A stretch of DNA of 5,526 nt from a virus: UHGV virus genome UHGV-0284229; one strand, written 5' to 3'. Both the position numbers and the translations under genes were made by a program. The notes under the pieces are model-generated. The model saw only the letters and a list, made by a program, of their open reading frames with translations. It ran no database searches and was not told the DNA's origin. Below are positions 1 through 5,526 of the stretch, in pieces. The stretch's first letter is position 1. Each line of letters starts with the position of its first letter.

Positions 1-165
1 GTAGGAAATATGGTAATCGGAGGAAAAACAGGAAAAGCGATCAGAGAATACACGGAAAGAAGGATGAGCGAAACACCCCCCAAGAATTCATCGACAGTAA
101 CACAACACTATGATCCGGAAATGAATTTTAAAGGAGTGGACAAAACCGTAACAACAAAATGGTAG
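1..165 (+). CDS. Possible 3' end (C-terminal 54 codons) of an upstream gene that starts outside the window. Hypothetical; it could be the tail of a scaffold-like (VP3-like) gene if the genome is circular with order VP2-VP3-VP4.
   Basis: Frame 1 is open from base 1 to the TAG at 163..165. Codon style (gga/aaa/aca/gaa) matches the clearly coding genes. It stops 40 nt before the Rep start. The + strand is T-poor, so open frames of this length can arise by chance; support is weak. Confidence 0.3.
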   Translation, partial: VGNMVIGGKTGKAIREYTERRMSETPPKNSSTVTQHYDPEMNFKGVDKTVTTKW

Positions 166-204
166 TAAAAATGATTTTAAGGGGTCAAAATTCAATTAAA
201 AACA

Positions 205-1071
205 GTGTGCCTATATCCAAGTATCATTGAGAATCCAAGATACGCCAAATCAAATGAAAAAAGAAAAGCAATAAAAGACGACCGTCTAAGATGGATACAA
301 ATTCCATGCGGACATTGCGAAGAATGCAGACGCGCAAAAGCAAATGAGTGGAGAGTAAGATTAATGGAAGAAATAAAATCTAATCCAAAAAACATTATAT
401 TTGCAACGCTGACATTCTCCGAGGAAAACCTAAAAAAGTTAGAGTATGACGAAAAAGAACCTAACAAAGCAGCTCAAAGGGCAATCAGCCTATTTAGAAA
501 ACGATGGTGGAAAAAGTACGAAACACCACTCAAACACTGGCTAATCACAGAAATGGGACATGACAACACCAAGAGAATACATCTGCACGGCCTCATATGG
601 ACAGAACTAACAGAGGAGCAATTCGAAAAAGAATGGGGATACGGCTGGATATTCTTCGGGCATGAAGTAAGCGAGAAAACAATAAACTACATCATAAAAT
701 ACGTAACAAAGAGAGACGAAACCAATCCCGAGTTCAACGGAAAGATATTCACTTCAAAAGGGATCGGAAAAGACTATATAAACAAGAACTCACTTAGAAG
801 GCACAGATACCAAGATAGATTTACAGAAGAAACGTACAGAACAAACTCGGGAATAAAAATTGCACTACCAACGTATTACAAACAAAAATTATGGACAACT
901 CAGGAACGCGAAGCCCTCCGAATCATAAAGGAGGAAAAACAAGTAAAGTACTACAATAAAACTCCTATCAGAGTAGAAACAATAGAACAATACAAGGAGT
1001 ACGTAAACGCAGTAAAATATTGGCAATCAATCAAAAAATATGACGGAAAGAGAAAAAAAGGAAATATGTAA
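205..1071 (+). CDS. VP4: Rolling-circle replication initiation protein (Microviridae VP4 / phiX174 gpA-like, HUH endonuclease superfamily), 288 aa, with an apparent GTG start.
   Basis: N-terminus MCLYPSIIENPRY is typical of microvirus Rep. CGHCEEC cysteine cluster at 307..327. Motif I FATLTF at 400..417. Motif II HLH (HUH) at 580..588. Motif III YIIKYVTK with two tyrosines at 688..690 and 700..702. The first in-frame start after the TAA at 178..180 is GTG at 205; there is no in-frame ATG upstream. Confidence 0.9.
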   Translation: MCLYPSIIENPRYAKSNEKRKAIKDDRLRWIQIPCGHCEECRRAKANEWRVRLMEEIKSNPKNIIFATLTFSEENLKKLEYDEKEPNKAAQRAISLFRKRWWKKYETPLKHWLITEMGHDNTKRIHLHGLIWTELTEEQFEKEWGYGWIFFGHEVSEKTINYIIKYVTKRDETNPEFNGKIFTSKGIGKDYINKNSLRRHRYQDRFTEETYRTNSGIKIALPTYYKQKLWTTQEREALRIIKEEKQVKYYNKTPIRVETIEQYKEYVNAVKYWQSIKKYDGKRKKGNM

Positions 1072-1228
1072 AGGATATGCAGACTTAATCATAAAGAAAG
1101 AAAAACTAATTCGTGAAATATGGGAAGTAGAATTAACAATCAAGAGGATAGAAGACATCCTGATGCGAAACAAGATTTTAAAGCCTACAAAGACAGAGGA
1201 GGAATCGGAGACAGAGCCGAAAACCTAA
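1040..1228 (+). CDS. Small hypothetical protein (62 aa; charged, predicted helical) overlapping the 3' end of the Rep gene in a different frame. Possibly a VP5-like small overlapping gene.
   Basis: ATG at 1040 lies inside the last 32 nt of Rep (frame 2 versus Rep frame 1). Codon pattern is coding-like. Gokushoviruses commonly carry a small ORF overlapping the end of VP4. At this length a chance ORF in a T-poor strand is plausible. Confidence 0.3.
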   Translation: MTEREKKEICKGYADLIIKKEKLIREIWEVELTIKRIEDILMRNKILKPTKTEEESETEPKT

Positions 1229-1476
1229 GAGAACTGATCGGCCTGGAAAGAGTAGTTCGACAAGACTTCGGATACGAAGGAACATACTACGTAACAGAAG
1301 ACGGAGAAACATATGACGATGAATATGTAAGTACTCACAATCCACGAAGAATCGGCGTTCCATTCTACGAAGTGAGCAACTGGAGATACAACAGAAAAAA
1401 GGAAATATACGAACCTATCATCAGAAGAATAGTGATGATCGAAATCAAAGAAATCCAACTAACATTAGACCTATGA
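1120..1476 (+). CDS. Hypothetical acidic protein, 118 aa (YVTEDGETYDDEYV region).
   Basis: It is the only open frame covering 1229..1472 in an otherwise gap-free genome. It starts at the first ATG after an in-frame TGA (1114..1116). Its TGA stop (1474..1476) overlaps the ATG (1473..1475) of the next ORF in an ATGA arrangement typical of translational coupling. Purine-rich codon usage matches VP1 and VP4. Confidence 0.5.
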   Translation: MGSRINNQEDRRHPDAKQDFKAYKDRGGIGDRAENLRELIGLERVVRQDFGYEGTYYVTEDGETYDDEYVSTHNPRRIGVPFYEVSNWRYNRKKEIYEPIIRRIVMIEIKEIQLTLDL

Positions 1477-1643
1477 ATGAAAAAGTAAAGAAAATCGTAA
1501 AATGGATCGCGGTAATAGCAGCTGCGATCGGCGCAGCGGCTGCTGTAATCATGGAACAGGGATGCACTCACAAACACTACCTCAAAGCAAACGGCATCAA
1601 AATCGACACAATCCAAGTAGAAACAACAACAAAAATTAAATAA
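1473..1643 (+). CDS. Small predicted single-pass membrane protein, 56 aa: MNEKVKKIVKWIAVIAAAIGAAAAVIMEQGCTHKHYLKANGIKIDTIQVETTTKIK. Candidate lysis or membrane-targeting protein. Not present in the supplied ORF track.
   Basis: Hand translation of frame 3 from ATG 1473 to TAA 1641..1643. The start overlaps the upstream stop (ATGA). Its stop is followed 1 nt later by the ATG of the next gene (1645). A basic N-terminus (KVKK) precedes a hydrophobic stretch of about 20 residues (IVKWIAVIAAAIGAAAAVIM), encoded by a locally GC-rich, T-containing patch (1503..1553) that stands out against the A-rich background. Confidence 0.5.
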   Translation: MNEKVKKIVKWIAVIAAAIGAAAAVIMEQGCTHKHYLKANGIKIDTIQVETTTKIK

Positions 1644-1644
1644 C

Positions 1645-1950
1645 ATGGAAAAGAAATTCAGAGATCAGCTGCTTACTGAAAGCAGAAAAAAAGAAGAAGA
1701 AATCGAAAATGTAAACCTCGAAATCGAAGAAAGAGAAGCATCGGAAAACGGCCCGTTCGTACTGATCCGCAACAAAAAAAACAAATGGGTAATCACAACA
1801 TGCGGTGCACTCGTAAACGGGAAAGAGTTCGACACTAAAGAGGATGCTGAAGAACATCTGGCTCAAAAAAAGTGGGAAGACATCCTAACAGCAACGCTCA
1901 TATTCTTCACACACGTAAAAAACCAAATGGAAAACACTCAAAAAGAATAA
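1645..1950 (+). CDS. Hypothetical protein, 101 aa. Acidic N-terminal coiled-coil-like segment (KKEEEIENVNLEIEEREASE), then a small globular region (FVLIRNKKNKWVITTCGALVNGKEFDTKEDAEEHL).
   Basis: ATG at 1645 is 1 nt after the preceding stop. The stop TAA at 1948..1950 is 3 nt before the VP1 ATG. Coding-like codon usage; fills the gap between flanking genes exactly. Confidence 0.6.
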   Translation: MEKKFRDQLLTESRKKEEEIENVNLEIEEREASENGPFVLIRNKKNKWVITTCGALVNGKEFDTKEDAEEHLAQKKWEDILTATLIFFTHVKNQMENTQKE

Positions 1951-1953
1951 GCC

Positions 1954-3999
1954 ATGAAAAAAACATTAGGAGGAGACAGAATCCGAAGCGAAAGCAAAAT
2001 GGAAGTATATCTGCCTAATTTCGGCAGATCATCTCACAACGTGGGAAAAATAATCCGAACAACACAGGCATGCGGCACGATCGTTCCCTATTGGTGCCAA
2101 ATAGGTTTGGATGGAACAACGTTCTACATCGACATCACAACGAAGGTAAAAACCCTGCCAACAACCGGGCCTGTATTCGGAAGCTTCAAACATCAAATCG
2201 ATGTGTTTGTAATTCCGATCAGGCTCTACATAGCAGCACTGCACAACAACGCTTTAGGAGTAGGGTTGAACATGAGCAAGGTATTGCTGCCGCAATTCAG
2301 GGTCAGCACCGCTATCGCATCAATCTATGAAAACGATACCAACAGAGGGCAAGTCAATCCGAGTTCGCTGCTCTCATACTTAGGAATAAAAGGATTCGGA
2401 TACTCCAGTACTAACACCTACATTCGAACCTTTCCTGCAATATTCAATCTGGCATACTGGGACATATTCAAAAACTATTACGCCAACAAGCAAGAAGAAA
2501 ACGCATACGTAATCACCGGAGTAAACCATATTTGGAAGAAAATCAGTGCAGGAGATGGAGTTGCTTGGAATAGAGTGTGGACAGAAAATACAAGTGAAGC
2601 ATACCCACTCAATCCGACAAGTGAAGCACCGAGTTTTATCAAACTGGAATTCGAGGAAAGAGTATCACCCGAGGAAGTCAATGAAATACAATTCTTAACA
2701 AATGATCCGGAAAAACCTACACAAGCAATCAACAAACTAACAAAACTCGGAGACGCCTTTATATTCGAGCGAACAGACCCGGAGGCAATGGGACTAAGGA
2801 AACCAGAAAACCCGAGAAAGGCGACCGACATTTACGTGTATCAAGTCAAGAAGCCAATCAAAATTGCATACAATCTAAACATAGCAGGGAGTAACAACTT
2901 GACAATGCCGGACAACAAAAAAATCAAATTAACACCATTTCCATTAAAAAACATCGACGAAGAACGAAATAAAATCTTAGCTGCACCCAGTACCTCTGCA
3001 TATGTAGTAGACGGCGCTACAATGCCATACGGAGCCGCAATGAAAACTATAGGACTACCAAGCCATGACCGCAAAAGCAAATATAACAGTTCAAACGCAT
3101 GGTACTCACAAGCAGGGTTGGCGGTAAAAACATACCTTAGCGACAGATTCAACAACTGGCTAAACACCGAATGGATCGACGGAACAACAGGTGGAATTAA
3201 TTCAATCACAGCTGTAGATGTGAGCGACGGCAAACTTACGATGGATGCTCTGATCCTCCAAAAGAAAATATTCAACATGCTTAACCGCGTAGCCATTACA
3301 GACGGCACCTACCAAGCATGGAGAGAAGCGACATATGGAATCAGGAGTGCAACACTGCCCGAATCACCTATATTCTGCGGCGGAATGCAGAGCGAAATTG
3401 CATTTGATGAAATCGTATCAAACTCAGCAACAGAAGAAGAACCGCTGGGAACACTTGCCGGACGAGGAGTTGCAACCATGTACAAATCCGGAAAGGGTTT
3501 GAAAATCAAATGTACAGAACCCAGCATGATTATGGCCTTAGGATCGATCACACCTCGAGTTGATTATAGCCAAGGCAACAAATGGTGGACAAGACTACAG
3601 AATATGGATGACTTCCACAAGCCAACATTAGACGCAATCGGGTTCCAAGAACTGATCGCAGAAGAAGCAGCAGCGTGGACTACAGAAGCCATCGAGAACC
3701 ATGATCTCAAATATCAATCATTAGGAAAACAGCCATCATGGATCGAATACACAACAGACGTAAACGAAACATACGGCGAATTTGCCGCAGGAATGCCATT
3801 AGCATTTATGTGCTTGAACAGAGTGTACGAAGAAAACTTGGATCACACAATCGGCAATGCATCAACCTACATCGATCCTACGATATACAACAACATATTC
3901 GCAGAATCAAGACTAAGTTCACAAAACTTCTGGGTACAAGTAGCATTCGACGTAACAGCGCGCCGAGTAATGTCAGCAAAACAAATTCCAAATTTATAA
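1954..3999 (+). CDS. VP1: Major capsid protein (Microviridae VP1 / phiX174 gpF-like), 681 aa.
   Basis: Length and position match VP1. The N-terminal region RSSHNVGKIIRTTQACGTIVPYWCQIGLDGTTFYID matches the conserved gokushovirus VP1 N-terminal pattern (S-H...G-x-[IL]-[VI]-P...[IL]-x-x-G-[DT]-T-F). It is the longest ORF in a phage-sized window, flanked by tightly packed genes. An alternative start at ATG 1999 (MEVYLPNF...) is possible. Confidence 0.92.
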   Translation: MKKTLGGDRIRSESKMEVYLPNFGRSSHNVGKIIRTTQACGTIVPYWCQIGLDGTTFYIDITTKVKTLPTTGPVFGSFKHQIDVFVIPIRLYIAALHNNALGVGLNMSKVLLPQFRVSTAIASIYENDTNRGQVNPSSLLSYLGIKGFGYSSTNTYIRTFPAIFNLAYWDIFKNYYANKQEENAYVITGVNHIWKKISAGDGVAWNRVWTENTSEAYPLNPTSEAPSFIKLEFEERVSPEEVNEIQFLTNDPEKPTQAINKLTKLGDAFIFERTDPEAMGLRKPENPRKATDIYVYQVKKPIKIAYNLNIAGSNNLTMPDNKKIKLTPFPLKNIDEERNKILAAPSTSAYVVDGATMPYGAAMKTIGLPSHDRKSKYNSSNAWYSQAGLAVKTYLSDRFNNWLNTEWIDGTTGGINSITAVDVSDGKLTMDALILQKKIFNMLNRVAITDGTYQAWREATYGIRSATLPESPIFCGGMQSEIAFDEIVSNSATEEEPLGTLAGRGVATMYKSGKGLKIKCTEPSMIMALGSITPRVDYSQGNKWWTRLQNMDDFHKPTLDAIGFQELIAEEAAAWTTEAIENHDLKYQSLGKQPSWIEYTTDVNETYGEFAAGMPLAFMCLNRVYEENLDHTIGNASTYIDPTIYNNIFAESRLSSQNFWVQVAFDVTARRVMSAKQIPNL

Positions 4000-4003
4000 C
4001 ACC

Positions 4004-4327
4004 ATGAAAACAGCAATAAACAGAAAAGGATGCATCAACAATCCAGACCTCACATACCAAGCAGAACCAAGAGAGGTAAAACTAAGGAAAATAATTAGCG
4101 GAGAATCCAGCAGCATGGAAGACGGAGTATTCCCAACAATCTACACAGAAAAAAAAGACGGTGTGCTACCAGAATACGATATCCGTACAGACCGCTTTGA
4201 AGTGGCGATAGACGCAATCGACAAAATCAACAAAAGCGCAGCAGGCCAAATAGCAAAAAGCAAAGGTGAAACCGAAGTCGTAAAAGATTTCGGGACAGAA
4301 ACAAAAACCGATCCCGAAAGAAGCTAA
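4004..4327 (+). CDS. Hypothetical protein, 107 aa, encoded between VP1 and VP2. Unknown function; candidate accessory, scaffold-like or minor structural protein.
   Basis: ATG at 4004 is 4 nt after the VP1 stop (3997..3999). Coding-like purine-rich codon usage. Ends at TAA 4325..4327, about 30 nt upstream of a strong hairpin. No other frame covers this interval. Confidence 0.55.
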   Translation: MKTAINRKGCINNPDLTYQAEPREVKLRKIISGESSSMEDGVFPTIYTEKKDGVLPEYDIRTDRFEVAIDAIDKINKSAAGQIAKSKGETEVVKDFGTETKTDPERS

Positions 4328-4356
4328 AGCAGTCGTATAAAGATCAACCAAAAATC

Positions 4357-4389
4357 AAAGAGGGGGGTTGATTCCGCCCCCCCTCTTTT
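4357..4389 (+). terminator. Perfect 11-bp G/C-rich stem-loop (AAAGAGGGGGG / loop TTGATTCCGC / CCCCCCTCTTT) ending in a T tract. Likely rho-independent terminator; alternatively an ssDNA structural element such as a complementary-strand origin or packaging signal.
   Basis: Left arm 4357..4367 is the exact reverse complement of right arm 4378..4388. The loop is 10 nt. As RNA the stem is followed by UCUUUUA. It lies in the largest intergenic gap (4328..4482), immediately after the 107-aa ORF. Confidence 0.55.
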
Positions 4390-4530
4390 AACCCTCGCAA
4401 ATGCGTGTGGCACAGCGCGGTAGACGTTTATACATATATAACAAGAACTATAGGTATAAATTCTTTTTAAAAAAGAACGAAAATGAACTTCAAAAAACTA
4501 TTAGAATTACTCGAAAAAGGAGAGGACCTC

Positions 4531-5526
4531 ATGAGTCCTATCTCGGGAATCGTAGGCGATGTATCAGGAATCCTCAACACGCTGGGCATAGGCAGAAGGA
4601 GGCAGATAAGACAGCAGAAAGAGATGGCGGAAAACGCAGCCAAGATAAATTACAAATACGGAGAAATGGCGGCGGAGAATGCATTCGAAAGACAGCAGGT
4701 GTTATACAACAGGACCTATCAAGACCAAAGCTACGCCAACCAAGTCGCGCAAATGGATGCAGCGGGATTATCTCCCGGTCTGATGTACGGCAAAGGAGGT
4801 GCCGGAGGCGGAGGAGCCGGCTCGACAACAGGTGCTCCAATGGGTGCAACAGGAGCTACAGGAGCAGGATCGGCAGCCGATCCGAATATGCAACTGCAGG
4901 CATTGATGTCACTGCGACAGGTGCGGATGAGCGAACGAAAGAACGAGGCAGAAATCAACCTGCTCAATACTCAGGCAAAAGCACTCGAAGCAGAGGCAGG
5001 TAAAAACAGAGAAGAAACCACGACAATAATCGAGAAAAGAATATGGCAAGTAAAGCAAGAGATGTTCGAAGGGTGGAAGGGTTTCATCAATACGGCAAAC
5101 CAACTATGGGACCAAATGGTAAAATGGCAACCTACACAGAAAACGACGATCGACGGCAAAGAAATCGAGATACCCAAATACTTCGAAATAGAGGACGATA
5201 AATTCGGAAAGATCGTATTCGGAGAAGAATCATTCCAGGGCGATATGATGAAAGCCGAAAAACAAATCCTCGAAGGAACAGCGGCAATCAAAACTCTGGA
5301 GAGCATATATGCAGACGAGAAACTATCGGCAGAAATCAACAAAATAAACGCGGACGCATGCAGCGCAATGGCTCAAGCAGCATATTTCTACGCAGCAGGC
5401 AGAAACCAAGAAGCAGAAGCAAAAGTAGCCGAAGCAAAAAGGAGGACCGAAGAAGCAACCGCAGATCTGCGAGAACTCCAATACTGGACCGAAATCGCAA
5501 ACACGATCCTCAGACTCGCGCAAGTA
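4531..5526 (+). CDS. VP2: Minor capsid / DNA pilot protein (Microviridae VP2 / phiX174 gpH-like). 3' end truncated by the window edge, with at least 332 aa visible.
   Basis: Frame 1 is open from the TAA at 4468..4470 to the window end. The frame is missing from the ORF track because no stop falls inside the window. MSPISGIVGDVSGILNTLGIG...AGLSPGLMYGKGGAGGGGAGSTTGAPMGATGATGAGS matches the conserved VP2 N-terminus: small hydrophobic/Gly-rich leader, then NxxYxxxxAxxNxxF...Q, AGL(N/S)P and a glycine-rich tract. GGAGAGG sits 5 nt upstream of ATG 4531. The longest in-frame ATG is at 4483 (MNFKKLLELLEKGEDL-), so the start is ambiguous between 4483 and 4531. Confidence 0.85.
   Translation, partial: MSPISGIVGDVSGILNTLGIGRRRQIRQQKEMAENAAKINYKYGEMAAENAFERQQVLYNRTYQDQSYANQVAQMDAAGLSPGLMYGKGGAGGGGAGSTTGAPMGATGATGAGSAADPNMQLQALMSLRQVRMSERKNEAEINLLNTQAKALEAEAGKNREETTTIIEKRIWQVKQEMFEGWKGFINTANQLWDQMVKWQPTQKTTIDGKEIEIPKYFEIEDDKFGKIVFGEESFQGDMMKAEKQILEGTAAIKTLESIYADEKLSAEINKINADACSAMAQAAYFYAAGRNQEAEAKVAEAKRRTEEATADLRELQYWTEIANTILRLAQV

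Noticed and set aside
1518-1541. Short inverted repeat GCTGCG-ATCGG-CGCAGC (with CGATCG palindrome) inside the small TM ORF.
   Set aside because: It is a by-product of consecutive alanine codons (gcn), which are partly self-complementary, encoding AAAIGAAAA. The stem is only 6 bp and there is no independent reason to infer an RNA or DNA structural element.
1691-1740. Repeated GAAATCGAA/GAAGAA motifs.
   Set aside because: It is an acidic low-complexity coding segment (EEEIENVNLEIEERE) of the 101-aa ORF. The repeat unit is too short and imperfect to call a DNA repeat.
2070-2330. 86-aa + strand ORF, and the 89-aa ORF at 3738..4007, both inside VP1 in alternate frames.
   Set aside because: These are Arg/His/Asn-rich out-of-frame translations within the capsid gene. 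Their length is explained by low stop-codon frequency on the T-poor strand.
2896-2903. CAACTTGA octamer identical to the core of the phiX174 gpA nick site (CAACTTG/ATATTAATAAC).
   Set aside because: Only 8 nt match and the flanking sequence diverges immediately (CAACTTGAcAaTgccgg). It lies inside VP1 coding sequence, and an 8-mer match in 5.5 kb is not far from chance. Gokushovirus-type Reps are not known to use the phiX origin sequence.
4789-4875. GGA/GGC/GCA-rich low-complexity nucleotide stretch resembling a simple-sequence repeat.
   Set aside because: It encodes the glycine- and alanine-rich flexible segment (GKGGAGGGGAGSTTGAPMGATGATGAGS) that is a normal feature of microvirus VP2 pilot proteins. 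It is not a tandem DNA repeat element.
4401-5003. 200-aa Arg-rich + strand ORF overlapping the intergenic region and VP2 in another frame.
   Set aside because: It starts inside the non-coding hairpin and promoter region. Its extreme Arg content is the expected artefact of reading aga/agg/cgn in a +1 shift of gaa/gca-rich codons. It has no independent support and overlaps a well-supported VP2 frame.
192-5523. All minus-strand ORFs in the track (e.g. 192..467, 1178..1363, 1225..1458, 1365..1646, 1636..1866, 2478..2831, 2841..3308, 3309..3551, 3878..4060, 4166..4351, 4574..4849, 4731..4967, 4909..5103, 4971..5342, 5323..5523).
   Set aside because: They are F/S/C/L-rich low-complexity translations of the complement of a purine-rich coding strand, and they overlap confidently assigned + strand genes. 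Microviridae genes are all on one strand. A T-rich complement is also A-poor and therefore stop-poor, which produces long spurious ORFs.

Overview
The window looks like most of the genome of a small ssDNA phage of family Microviridae, gokushovirus-like and possibly an uncultured gut or Bacteroidetes type; the subfamily cannot be assigned from sequence alone. All credible genes lie on the + strand and are tightly packed, with either start/stop overlap or gaps of 1 to 4 nt. A short C-terminal remnant of an upstream gene may occupy 1..165. The rolling-circle replication initiator (VP4 / phiX A-like, 205..1071) carries a CGHCEEC motif and the HUH-endonuclease motifs I, II and III, the last with two catalytic tyrosines. 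Four small ORFs lie between it and the capsid gene (1040..1950). One of them is a 56-aa predicted membrane protein (1473..1643) that is absent from the supplied ORF track because it is under 60 aa. The major capsid protein VP1 (phiX F-like, 681 aa) is at 1954..3999. An unexpected 107-aa ORF sits between VP1 and VP2 (4004..4327). The largest non-coding region (4328..4482) contains a perfect G/C-rich hairpin followed by a T tract and an AT-rich stretch. The DNA pilot / minor capsid protein VP2 starts at 4531 (or 4483) and runs off the window end. The + strand is strongly purine- and A-rich and T-poor. That composition explains the many F/S/C/L-rich minus-strand ORFs and the Arg-rich alternative + frame ORFs, which I regard as spurious. 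The items I consider most worth follow-up are the hidden transmembrane mini-protein, which is a candidate single-gene lysis factor, and the two accessory gene blocks (Rep-VP1 spacer and VP1-VP2 spacer) that do not match the minimal gokushovirus gene set.
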